A DNA stretch of 64,000 nucleotides from positions 1,020,011 through 1,084,010 of the forward strand of contig CAVPCT010000005.1 in assembly GCA_963702475.1 (NCBI GenBank), read 5' to 3'. A program made the position numbers and the translations under genes. Below, in pieces: positions 20,142 through 30,741 of this stretch. Numbering within the stretch: position 1 is the first letter of the stretch; every line of letters starts with the position of its first letter. Origin of the DNA: an uncultured Thermoleophilia bacterium. GTDB lineage: Bacteria > Actinomycetota > Thermoleophilia > UBA2241. Under the pieces are notes generated by a model that saw only the letters and a program-made list of their open reading frames with translations, did not search any database and was not told the DNA's origin.

Positions 20142-22891
20142 TTACGGGCGTATCACCGTGTTCGGGGTCACGATGTTGCCGGTTGCCCCACCCCATCCGT
20201 TGTAGACACGCGGCGCTGCACCGAGGTACAGGGTGTTGCCGGTGAAGTTGTTGCCCGTCGAATCACTGCCGTTGAACTCCATGACGCCGTTGCCCGGCCA
20301 GTAGGCGGGAGAAGTCACCGTGGAAGTTGAAGGTGTTGCCGGTGATGGTGTTGTTGGCCTGGCAGAGGACGACGATGCCGCGTCCGGGGGAGATGCCGTT
20401 CTCCGAGGTGTCGAAGTCGAAGGTGTTGCCGGTGATGATGTAGCGCGCGTCGGTCCCCCAGCCGAAGTCGCTGTCGTGGACGGCCGCCTCAGTGCAGGCA
20501 TGGAAATGGTTGTTGCGGATGATGACGTTTTTCGGCTGCTCCAGCTCGATGCCGTAGCCCCAGCGGGTGCTGCCGAGGTTCTGGCCTGCGCCGTGGAAGA
20601 GGCAGCCCTCGACGAGCACGCCGTCGCCCTGACCGGAGTAGCCGTAGCAGGCGAAGTCGAGCGTTTGGAGGTTGCTCGTCTCGAACTCGCAGCCGTGGAA
20701 GTGGACGTCCTTCCAGTGGGATGCTCGGATGCTCGTTCGTGGTCCAGACCTCGACCATCATGCGCTGCGCCCCGCTGGCGACGCCGTTGCTGACGCCGAA
20801 GTGGCAGCCGATGAAGTCGACCCCTTCGACGACGCCGCCCTGCGCATACACGGAGACGGTGTTCTCGTCGATGGCGTTGCCGGGATAGCTCGTACCGAGA
20901 GTCCGCTCGAACTCGCAGTCGGTGAAGGTGAGGTTGTAGACGTTGGAGCCTGACGAGCTGTAGCCACGCCCGATCATGACGGTAGGAGCATCACGCTGCA
21001 CCGTTGGATTGCCTCCGCCTCGGAAGTGACAACGGGTGAAGGAGGAGCCGCTGGAGTTGTCGGCGTTCGTGACCGCGCACAGACCCGCCGTCGCAGGGCC
21101 GATCTTCAGGTCGGTGAACTGGCAGTCGCTTTGGAAGTCGATGTGTCCCTGGAGCCAAGTCCCCGTCATCGACTCACCGACGAGCTTGGTGCCGTCGGGC
21201 ACGGCCAGCGCCGAGGCGAGCTTGTAGGTACCCGCCGGAAAGTAGACGGCCGCTCCACGAGCAGCGGCGATAGCACTCTGGATATGAGGCACGTCATCGG
21301 TAACGCCGTCGGCATGCGCACCGTAGTCCATGACATTGAACGTGCTGCCTACGGGCGCCGGCGTGGGCGTCACGCTCGGCGTGGGCGTCACGCTCGGCGT
21401 GGGCGTCACGCTCGGCGTGGGCGTCACGCTCGGCGTGGGCGTCACGCTCGGCGTGGGCGTCACGCTCGGCGTGGGCGTCACGCTCGGCGTGGCGGTCGGT
21501 GTCACGGGCACCAGCCGTATCCAGGCCCAGCCGAAGACCGAGTAGCTGCCGCTCAGCAGGTCGGCGTCCTGTGCGTACAGTGAGAAGGTGCCGTCGCTGA
21601 CGGTCACCGAGCCGAGGCGGTACTCGGTGTGCTCGGTCGCCCCGCCGCTGCCGCCGACGGTGTCGATGGAGTAGAGCTTCGTCGCACTCGCCGAGTAGCC
21701 CCAGTAGTAGCGCATGTTGCGCCCGGTCCTCTGGGTGTAGAGGTTGGCGTACACGTCGTAGGTGCCGTTGGCGAGGCCTGAGGTGAAGAAGCGCATCGCC
21801 GGCAGCGCGTATCTCTCGTATTCGTTCGCGCCCGCCAAGACCGTCGGGAAGGGGCGCCCGGCGGTGTAGAGGAACTCGGTCCAGCGACCGTCCGACAGGT
21901 TGATGGCGGAGGTGCTCGTGGTGGTCGCCAGCACGGGGCTCTGGTGGGCGTCGTCCCAACAGTTGACGGTGACAGAGGAGCCAGGTACCGCGGCGGTGGG
22001 CGTCGGGGTCGGGGTCGCTGCCGGGACGGGCGCAGGGGGCACCGTAGGCGTCGGCGAGGGGGTCCGCGTCGGCGTTGCTGACGGGGTGGGCGTCGCAGTC
22101 GGCGTCGGGGTCGGCGTTGCTGACGGGGTGGGCGTCGGGGTGGGCGTTGCTGGCGGGGTGGGCGTCGGTGCCGGAGCGGACGCCACCTCCCCGTTCACGG
22201 TGATCTCGTTGGCGGTGGCCCATGCCCAGGAGGGGGTCACGCCGAGGACCCGGATCCGCACGTAGCGCGCGCTGGCGATGAAGGCATCGGAGGTGGCCCC
22301 GCTGATCCTGTTGCCGCTGCGATCGACCACGGTGGTGAAGCTGTCGCCGTCGAGACTCGTCTCGATGCGGTAGCGGTATGTGCGCAACGCGCCGAACCAG
22401 GCCGTCCGGACGCCGTACACAGTCGTCGGGCCGCCGAGATCCACCTTCCACCATTGCGGATAGCCACTAGAACTTGCGGACCAGCGGGTGCTGGCCGAGC
22501 CGTCGTTGGCGAAGGACGCCGGAGAACCCGGCTCGGTGGTGCTCGCTGAGGCCGGCCGACCGATCGACACGGGCGCTCCGGGGATGTCGGTCTCGCCGTC
22601 CACCGTCGCCGTTCGGGCCGCGTCGACCCGCGTCAGGGCGACCGAGTGCTGCTGCCGCTTGACGACCCGATAGCATGGCACCCCGTCGACCTTCACGTAC
22701 TCCTCGTGGTGTCCGACCACGAGGGTGCGGCCGTAGCCCCTGACCACGTCGTAGGAGCGGGCGTGCTTGATGACCTTGTAGCGAAGGACCTTCGTGTGCG
22801 GAGCGGCGGACGACGCGGACGACGCGCAGACACCGGCGGCAAGGGACGTGAGCACGAGCAGTGCGACTGCGATGGCGAGTCTCCTGGACAT
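20142..22891 (-). CDS. Secreted modular protein: basic N-domain, F5/8-C (CBM32-like) domain, Pro/Thr linker, unknown module, Pro/Thr repeat, pectate-lyase-like beta-helix
   Basis: Signal peptide; ANDG...TRWS...PQWWKVDLG...ARYVRI discoidin motifs; [16 protein letters not shown]...VYFPAGTY. Frameshifts near 20715 and 20300. Confidence 0.8.
21360..21492. repeat. Perfect 18-bp tandem repeat, 7 copies, encoding (PSVTPT)n
   Basis: GGCGTGGGCGTCACGCTC repeated without spacers inside the CDS. Confidence 0.95.
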
Positions 22892-22960
22892 CGTGACCCC
22901 TCCGAGAGGATGAACACCGGGGTCTCGTCGGTGCCTGCGGGGGCTTCATCTCGGCGATCG

Positions 22961-22979
22961 TGTCGCACCGACGCGACTC
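22961..22979. promoter_or_regulatory. Palindromic GTCGC-N6-GCGAC motif
   Basis: TGTCGCACCGACGCGACTC about 70 bp upstream of the 22891 start; the motif recurs at 35281, 46412 and 55669. Confidence 0.4.
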
Positions 22980-23129
22980 ACTGGAGTTCTGTTGGTCGTA
23001 ACCGCGAGCAGTCGACACTGCTCGCAGGTGGCATCGGCGGAGCGAGGGGTTTCTTGAGCGCCTAGACGAGTATTTGTCGTCAATGTGGGCAACATGCCTC
23101 TCTATTGAGGACCAGCAGCGGCCGAGCGT

Positions 23130-23660
23130 GACCCTCTCCAACAGACATGACATCAAGGGGACGAGAGAGCCCCCGAAGGATCCGCAGCATGGCAAGCAGG
23201 GGCATGGACGACGCGACGGCGGCCATTCCGAGTACGAAGCCGGGTCGTCGACCTCTGCCGCGGCAGCGACAAGTCGATGGCAGAGGTCAGCCGCGACCTC
23301 GACCTGACCGAGTCCCATGTGCGTCGCTGAGTGGCCCAGGCGAAGCTCGACGCAGGACGCCCGGAGAGCCTCACGACGGACGCGCGGGAGGAGCTGACCC
23401 GTTTGCACGATGAGGACGGGGTCCTGTGCGAGGAGCGCGACACCCTCTGGGGTGCGACGACTCTTCTGGCGAGGGAGAGCCGCTCGACGCCAAGATACGC
23501 GAGCTGGCGATGGAGAACCGTTCTTCGTTCAGGGCGATCGAGCGCTTAGCCGCACCGAGCGCGAGGCGGTGATCGACAAGTCGCATTCTCTTCCGCCATG
23601 ACAGCCGGTTCCGCAGCAAGGCCGCTGGGGTGGTCAGCCGCCAGGTGCAGACGGTCGACG
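23130..23660 (+). mobile_element. Degenerate IS3-family remnants
   Basis: HTH orfA-like VDLCRGSDKSMAEVSRDLDLTES...LTTDAREELTRL...EERDTL, followed by a second orfA/orfB-junction-like fragment (KIRELAMEN...VIDKSH). Confidence 0.6.
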
Positions 23661-23678
23661 GCCTGTCACAGAAGAGGT

Positions 23679-24880
23679 CTACTCCCCATCGCGGTCGACT
23701 GCCGGCCGGCGGTCGCCCCTCGGCGAGTCCTGCACAGGTGAATCCGGCGCAAGACGATGTCCGGCCCAACGGCGCAGCGCCGCCCGCGCTGGGAGCTCAA
23801 CGAGTCTGTAGCCGAGAACGGCGCCGATTGCGACGGCCGCAAGCCAGACTGCCGCTACCGCCACCTTGGTTCCCACCCCCGCGGCGACGAATGCGGCCGG
23901 GTCGAGAACCTTCACCATGAACAAGATGACGACGCCGTGAGTGACGTAGAGCGAGTACGACAGCGCGCCACCGACGAGCATGGCACGCGTAGAGAGGACG
24001 CGACACAGGCTACCGCGCGAATAGGCGGCGCCCAGCGTGAGCGCCGCAAACAGCGGGGCGGCCCAGAATGTGGCAACGCCGGCGAGCGAGAAGGGAAACA
24101 CCATCGAGGGAAGTGGCCCAGCGCCAGAAGGCAGAGCCCGGTGAGGATCAGGAGCGCGCTCGTTGCCACCACCCGTGAGGACCAGCGCCAGTGCGGCACA
24201 GCCCAGAAGAAGCGGTACAGGAGGCAGCCGGCGGTGAAGTCGCAGATCACCCGCACGATTCGAGGGAGGTCGCCGAGAGGGGCGATCGACAGGGCCAGCA
24301 GCATGACAGCCATGACGAGTGCGGCCAAGACCAGCGCTGTAGCCGGCCTGCGCACTCTGCCGACCGCCAGCGCGAAGAGCGGGAAGGCAAGGTACATGCC
24401 GCAGAGAGCACTGATCGCCCAGGTGGGTATGATGACCGACGGGACGCCGAGCCAGGCTTGGATGAGCAGGAAGTTCGCCACAATGACGAGGGGTTGGAGA
24501 AGGCCCCTCTGCCAGGGCCCGCCCGGCTCGGCGATGAAGATGGTCGCCGCGTAGAGCGCAAGCAGGCACGAGAAGTAGAGCGGGTAGATGCGAGAGAAGC
24601 GGTTCCAGAGAAAGAGTCGGTATGACGGCTCGAGTGGGGCGTGAGAACCGGCTGGCGTATCCGTAGCACAGGATGAATCCGCTGAGGATGATGAAGAAGT
24701 CAACGCCGAGATAGCCCGAAGCGGTCACGGTCTCGACGAGAGAGTGCCAACGAGACGGTGGAACGAGGACCAGGAGCACGGAATCCAGGTGATACAGCGC
24801 AACCCATATGGCTGCGATCCCCGGAGGCCATTCAGCGGCAGAATGACGTCCGGACGCTTCGGGAGAAGAGGGTCCGCCAT
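23679..24880 (-). CDS. Acyltransferase family 3 (OafA-like) membrane O-acyltransferase
   Basis: LNGLRG.AAIWVALYH, GYLGVDFFIILSGF, RFSRIYP and SYSLYVTH motifs; several frameshifts. Confidence 0.85.
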
Positions 24881-25136
24881 GTGCTCATCCTAACGTTGTT
24901 CCATGCCGCGTAATTGACAAGATCGATCCACCTCAGCTCCAGCAGCACGACAGGAGACGAGCCCCTGGCCCAACGAGCCAACGACGTGGGCGATTCTGAT
25001 AGTCTTGCTCGCGGTGACTCTAGGGCATCCGAAGCGGCCGTCTTCGCCGGGAGGGGCGGCACACCCGCAGCGCCCTCGCGGGTCAGAGCAGCGGCGAAAG
25101 GATTGGCCTTGTCAGGCACCAGCCAAGGAGGTCGCC

Positions 25137-26573
25137 GTGTTTAGGATGAGCAGCGTCGCGGTCCTGCTGCTTGCAGCCGTGCTGGCCGCATTGAGCCTCC
25201 CGGCGACCCCCGCGTACTCCGCTACAACCGCCTCCAAAGCCCTGCGGTTCGAAGTCGTGAAGCGCACGACGACGCATGTCATCGTCGAGCGCGGCTCTGT
25301 CCGACTCACGGTTGGATCCAGCAGCAGTTACGTTTCGGTGCATGGAGTGAGGCGCTACCGTGTGATCGAGCGCGCCAGGACCCACCATATGCTCATGCCG
25401 GTCGTCAACGTCGTCGCTTACGGCGCAAGGCGTGACGGCAGAACCGACGACACGGCGGCGATAGCGAGGGCCATGCGCGCCGCCGCAAGTGCAGCGAAGG
25501 GCGTCTACCTGCCCGCGGGAACGTACCGCGTGAGCTCGATCACGATGCCGTCTGGACTCGCTGTCTTCGGCGCGGGCATGGACCGGGCTTGGCTCAGGGG
25601 CCATCTCGCCTTCGGCAGCAATCAGCTCATCAGCGACCTCAGGATCGGCGACGCCGGCAAGTCGGCGGTCCACAACAGGGCGGGTGCTGCTTGGAGCGTC
25701 TTCGAGCGTGTCCACTTCCGCGGCGGCGGCGGCGCTGGCTGGCACGGGCCGGTGATGTTGCTGGGCGGGAGCAAGTCCTGCTCCAACATCACCTTCAGGC
25801 GTTGTGAGGTAGAACGCAACGTCGGCATCGAGGACTCCTCCTTCAGCAACGGCTACAACGACATCTCGGTCTACGAGTCCAGAGGCGGCCACGTCTCCGA
25901 CATCACGTTCGATGGCTGCCACATCGGCGTCACGAACGGTGTCGCCACCGGCTCGCCACGCATGGGGCTGGAGTGCTGGACGGCCCCCGGCTCCGGCATC
26001 GGCTGGCGCAACATCACCGTGCGCGGCTGCGTCTTCGAGGCGACCGCCATCCACCAACTCGACTTCGCCTGCTACGGCCACTCCGGTCAGGCCACCGGCG
26101 TCATGGTCGAGGACTGCACCTTCAAGGGCGGAGGCCTCGACATGAAGAGCACCCTCTGGGGCTACAGCATCTGTCTGGAGTGGCCGTTCGATGTGGTCAT
26201 TCGCAACAACCACTTCCAGCGCTGCTCTGAGGCGGCCATCTACAATGCCAACTTCGGCCAGTCGTACGACACCCGCTGGATCATCACCGGCAACACCTTC
26301 GATTTCGACACGGCCGAATACGGCATCACCGCCCGTCGCGGCATCGTGGTCATCTCCAGCGCGAACAACATCATCACCGGCAACACCTTCACCTGGCATG
26401 GCTCGTTCTCCGGCTGGCCCACCAATGGGTGCGTGGAGTTCGCAGGCGCCGACGCGACCGGCAACACTGTCTCCGGGAACATCTTTAACATCAGCCAGAC
26501 ACAGGAGCTCTCCAACGAGTGGGACGGGGCGATCGGCAACACTGTCTCCGGGAACACGGTGATACGCCAGTAG
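25137..26573 (+). CDS. Secreted pectate-lyase-like beta-helix protein
   Basis: AAGGAGG RBS, signal peptide and VNVVAYGARRDGRTDD...VYLPAGTY. Clear paralog of the C-terminal half of 20142..22891. Confidence 0.85.
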   Translation: MFRMSSVAVLLLAAVLAALSLPATPAYSATTASKALRFEVVKRTTTHVIVERGSVRLTVGSSSSYVSVHGVRRYRVIERARTHHMLMPVVNVVAYGARRDGRTDDTAAIARAMRAAASAAKGVYLPAGTYRVSSITMPSGLAVFGAGMDRAWLRGHLAFGSNQLISDLRIGDAGKSAVHNRAGAAWSVFERVHFRGGGGAGWHGPVMLLGGSKSCSNITFRRCEVERNVGIEDSSFSNGYNDISVYESRGGHVSDITFDGCHIGVTNGVATGSPRMGLECWTAPGSGIGWRNITVRGCVFEATAIHQLDFACYGHSGQATGVMVEDCTFKGGGLDMKSTLWGYSICLEWPFDVVIRNNHFQRCSEAAIYNANFGQSYDTRWIITGNTFDFDTAEYGITARRGIVVISSANNIITGNTFTWHGSFSGWPTNGCVEFAGADATGNTVSGNIFNISQTQELSNEWDGAIGNTVSGNTVIRQ

Positions 26574-26754
26574 CGACACACGACCTCGGGCGTCATGGTC
26601 GACGAGGGATACGATCGCCCAGCGGGCTGAGGCAGCACGCAACCCCACGCCGGAATCACCAGGACGTCCTGAATCCTCGACGGGCGCTGACCTATCGCCG
26701 CCGAGTGTGCCCGATGTGCCGGTCTTCAGCCTCGACTTGCGATAGGCTTGCACC

Positions 26755-27750
26755 ATGAGCAAGAAGGTGCTCGTTACCGGCTGCGCCGGGTTCATCGGCT
26801 CGCATCTGACGGACAGGCTTCTGGCCGACGGATATGGCGTGGTCGGGATCGACTCCTTCGAGGACTACTACCCACGGGCCGACAAAGAGATGAATCTCGA
26901 AAGCGCGATGTTGAGCCCCGCTTTCACCCTGTACGATGCGAACATCCTGGACCTGACGGCAGACGCCGGAAGTGCCGAGCAGGACCTCACCAGAGACCGC
27001 AGTCTCACGTCCCTCCTCGCCGACTGTGATTGCGTCTACCATCTCGCCGCTCAGGCCGGCGTGCGTTCTAGCTGGGGCAGCTCGTTCGAGGTGTACGCGC
27101 GCAACAACGTCTTGGCGACGCAACAGCTCCTCGAGGCATGCGTGGCCTCAGGTGTGCACAAGGTCATCTATGCGTCTTCATCGTCCGTCTACGGTGATCA
27201 GGAGGAGCTGCCGCTGCGGGAAGACATGCTCCCCAGGCCACGCTCGCCCTACGGCGTCACCAAGCTGGCCGGCGAGCACCTCTGCGGCCTCTACCACGCC
27301 AACTACCAGCTCGACACGGTGTCTCTGCGCTTCTTCACCGTCTACGGCCCGCGACAACGGCCCGACATGGCCTTCAACAAGTTCATTCGAACACTGCTGG
27401 AAGACCGTGACATCGTGGTCTACGGCGACGGAAGACAGACCCGCGACTTCACCTACGTGGACGACATCGTCGAAGGGCTGATGCTCGCCCAGGCGGCCGC
27501 GGCAGGCGCAATCATGAACATCGGCGGCGGGAACCGAGTGAGCCTCCGTGAGGCAATCGCGACGCTCGGCGATGTGATGGGAGTCAAGCCCCGTCTTCTG
27601 CTGCGGCCCGTTGAGGCCGGAGACGTTCGAGACACATGGGCCGATGTGAGCAGAGCAACGGCCTCGATCGGCTACCGGCCCACGACGAAGCTCGCGGCGG
27701 GACTGAAGCAGGAGTACGCGTGGATGGCGGCACGGAGCGCCGCGAGCTGA
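26755..27750 (+). CDS. NAD-dependent epimerase (UDP-glucuronate 4-epimerase-like)
   Basis: VTGCAGFIGS, HLAAQAGVR, YGVTK and RFFTVYGPRQRPDMA motifs. Confidence 0.9.
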   Translation: MSKKVLVTGCAGFIGSHLTDRLLADGYGVVGIDSFEDYYPRADKEMNLESAMLSPAFTLYDANILDLTADAGSAEQDLTRDRSLTSLLADCDCVYHLAAQAGVRSSWGSSFEVYARNNVLATQQLLEACVASGVHKVIYASSSSVYGDQEELPLREDMLPRPRSPYGVTKLAGEHLCGLYHANYQLDTVSLRFFTVYGPRQRPDMAFNKFIRTLLEDRDIVVYGDGRQTRDFTYVDDIVEGLMLAQAAAAGAIMNIGGGNRVSLREAIATLGDVMGVKPRLLLRPVEAGDVRDTWADVSRATASIGYRPTTKLAAGLKQEYAWMAARSAAS

Positions 27751-27757
27751 CAGCCAG

Positions 27758-29298
27758 CTATGCGGCTGCTTCGCGACGACTCAGGCCGTCGATTCTTCTG
27801 ATCACCCACGCGACGATCCCAGGATTCTCTCGACGATAGCCTGCCTGGTCGAGGCGACCCCGGATCTCGCGCCAGAGTGCACCGTGGCGCGCCCTCGCGA
27901 TCGCAACGAGCAGAAGAAGCGCTCCCAAAGCGACCTGGACCGTGAGGATGATCGGCGCCGGCCAGCCGATCTCGGTGAGACCCACGTTGATCCCGAAGAG
28001 AGCTGCCCCTGTGATGACGCCGGCAGCACACCCTATCGGAATAGGCGCTCCAGAGGTCGGCCAGACCGAAGGCTGAACATGCGCCTCATCACCAAGAGGT
28101 AGGCGACGTGGTTGATGAGCTCAGAAAGGGCGAACGCTGCAGCGATCCCGACGACGCCGTACCGCGTAAGCAGGGCCAGGAGCGCCACGAACCAGCACAA
28201 GGCGACAGGCCACGATCACGATCTTCACGTTCAAGGTCGCCGTGGCTTCGCACATGATGGCGCCGACGTGAGTGAGCACCGTGAAGGGGACGGCCAGCGA
28301 CAGAACGGCGAGCACTGGGATCGCGTCGGTCCATTGGTCACCGAGCAGCGTGATGACTATCTGGCGCGCGGCGCCGGCCATGCCCCAGGCGAGTCGGCAT
28401 CCCGATCGCCGCGACGATCGTGATGGTGACGATGTAGACCGACCCGAGTCTGCCGCGGTCGTGTTGAAGGCGGCTGTATCCGGGCAGCAGGACACGCGTC
28501 ACGCTGACCAGAAGGGTGTTTAGTGGGGCGTTGGCCAGATTGGTCGCGCGTGTGTACACGCCGGTCGCTGCTGCTCCCAGAGAGTGGCCCGACCACACGG
28601 TATCGAGCGTGCTCGCGATTGCCTGGCCGAAGGCGATCAACGAGACCCGCCCGCCGAACGAGTAGATGGTCTTGAACGAGTGCCAGTCCAGACCGAGGCC
28701 GATCTCATGGCGACAAAGGAGCGTGAAGGCCGCCGCGGCAAGCGCACCGGCGCAGAGCGAGGCGACGACCAGGCTCCACGCTCCGAAACCCAGCAGGGCC
28801 ATGGTCACGCCGACGAGAGCGTAGCCAAAGACGTACGAGCCGATCTGTGTGAGTGCGACAGTGCGAAACGCAAAGCGGCGTTGGAGCAGTCCTTCCGTGG
28901 TCGTCCTCAGACCGCCGATCACGAAAGCTCAGGGACATGACGCGGGTGACGGCCACCACCCCGGGTGTATCGGGGAAGAGGATGCCGGCGAGTGGCGCCA
29001 GGACCACAAAGAGGGCGCAGAAGGCCGCACCCATGAGCAGCGAAGACGTGAACGCGGTGTGGATGTCACGGGCGCTGAGATCCGACTTCTGAACGATGGC
29101 CTGGCCGGCGCCCATCACGGCGAATTGCTGCCCGTACCACAGGAGGACGTTGGCCATCGCCACAAGGCCAAAGGCGCTGGGCGAGAGCAGCCGGGCGAGC
29201 AGGGCCGTCACGCCGATCTGCAGCACCACAGATCACCAAAGTGGAGGCGTAGCTCCACTTCATGCCGTGGATGTGGAAGAGGTCAGGCTCTCGGACAT
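27758..29298 (-). CDS. wzx: Polysaccharide flippase (WzxC-like)
   Basis: LARLLSPSAFGLVA, A.VQ, LQRRFAFR and G.YTRA motifs with many TMs; several frameshifts. Confidence 0.85.
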
Positions 29299-29323
29299 CG
29301 AGTCCTCGGCCCGGCGGGCGGCC

Positions 29324-29536
29324 TCAATGCGGCGATGGCCGCAGGAGAGGTCGCCCCGCTCGGACTCGACGACCTGTCCGAGGCTCTCGCGCGGGGGCAG
29401 AGCGAATGTCGCGAAGGGGCGAAGATCGCCACGTCGTGGCCATTCGAAGTGGGCACTTCTCCAGGGCAAGGACATGGACACAGTCGCCACCCCGCGGGTA
29501 GCAGAAGGAGTTGACGAGGAGAACCCGCGCAGACAT
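29324..29536 (-). pseudogene. Truncated GT4 glycosyltransferase N-terminus
   Basis: RVLLVNSFCYPRGGD resembles RILVANKFWYHRGGL of the 48910 GT4; the remainder is missing. Confidence 0.55.
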
Positions 29537-30612
29537 CAGAAGGCAGCGACTTCGCGATACACGTCCAGGAGATCAGCCAGCATCCGCTCGGTACTGAACT
29601 GCTCCATCAGGCGTCGCCTGCCGGCTACACCCATGCGATGGGCGACTTCGGGATTCTCAGCGAGTCCCCGCAGACGCTCGACGAGAAGACCGCTGCTGCC
29701 GGCGTCGATCAAGTAGCCCGTTTCGCCGTCGAGGACGAGCTCGGGGTTTCCTCCCCCCCGTGTGCAGATGACGGGCAAGCCGCAAGCCATGTACTCCATG
29801 AGAGCGTTCGAACAGCCCTCGCGGTGCTCTCGCTCGTCGGTCATGAGCACTCCGATGTCCGCTTCCCGGATCGCGGGCAGGGCTTCGGGACCAGGATCGA
29901 TGAACGTGGTCACGCCGCGCTCGGTCAGGTCGCGCGCCTCAGAGAGCAGCCGCTGCCTGTCGGGTCCATATCCGACGAGCACGAACCGCCAGCGCTGTCG
30001 GTCATTGGCGTCCAGGTTCCTTGCGGCACGGATCACGGTCGAGAAGTCCTTCTGCGGGGTCATGCGACCTGTCATGACCACCACGGTCGCAGAGTCGTGT
30101 CGCTCGGGCTTCGCCTCACAGAGTGCCAGTCGCTCCGGATCGAAGCCGTTGTACACGACTCGTCCCTTGGCCGCAGGGACGCCATAGGCAAGAAGCCCCG
30201 CCATGCTGTTCGCGATGACGCGCTGTGACAGGGTCATGCACAGCCGTCGCATCCCGGGGCGATGCGGCTCGACGAAGCCGGCGCGAATGGTACCGTCGAT
30301 CACAGGGATCCTCAGCACGGCGCACAACGGCAGAGCCGCAGATGAGGCCATCCAATCCCACGAGTGCACGACGTCCGGGCGCCAGTCCCACAGAAGGCGC
30401 CACAGGTCCCAGGCCGGGCGCACGTCCATGCGAGCCGCACGCGGCCTGATGTACACGCGATGCCCCTGAGCCGCGATCACGTCGGCGAATGGCCCTCCGG
30501 CCATGGTCCACACGCGACGTTCCCATTCAGCCGGCAGGTACTTCGTCGTCAGCGCAAGCTGACGCTCTGCCCCTCCGATGCCCAGGTCCTCCTTCAGGAA
30601 CAACACCTTCAC
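29536..30612 (-). CDS. GT4 glycosyltransferase
   Basis: GGAERQL, VVYNGFD, GRMTPQKD and EGCSNALMEYMACGLPVI motifs. Confidence 0.92.
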   Translation of the reverse strand: MKVLFLKEDLGIGGAERQLALTTKYLPAEWERRVWTMAGGPFADVIAAQGHRVYIRPRAARMDVRPAWDLWRLLWDWRPDVVHSWDWMASSAALPLCAVLRIPVIDGTIRAGFVEPHRPGMRRLCMTLSQRVIANSMAGLLAYGVPAAKGRVVYNGFDPERLALCEAKPERHDSATVVVMTGRMTPQKDFSTVIRAARNLDANDRQRWRFVLVGYGPDRQRLLSEARDLTERGVTTFIDPGPEALPAIREADIGVLMTDEREHREGCSNALMEYMACGLPVICTRGGGNPELVLDGETGYLIDAGSSGLLVERLRGLAENPEVAHRMGVAGRRRLMEQFSTERMLADLLDVYREVAAF

Positions 30613-30741
30613 CTGGGCCTCGCCTCGTCAGGTTCGAGAGCCGCTTGAGAGGCGTGGCGCCCCCGGCCCCAACGCCGGCGCGGCGGTACTCTCTTCGGCG
30701 AATCATTGTCCGTGGAGGCGGCTTCCATCCTGCGGCGGAGT

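Noticed and set aside
21360-21492. Tandem repeats (also 54756..55120) as CRISPR arrays
   Set aside because: There are no unique spacers, the units are in-frame multiples of 3 encoding Pro/Thr linkers, and no cas genes are present.
23003-23026. 9-bp hairpin upstream of the 22891 gene as a structured RNA or riboswitch
   Set aside because: It is a single stem with no recognisable aptamer consensus.
25083-26795. Long antisense ORFs (also 205..783, 12570..13772, 49774..51357, 5657..6589)
   Set aside because: These are shadow ORFs opposite well-supported genes, as expected from high-GC codon bias.
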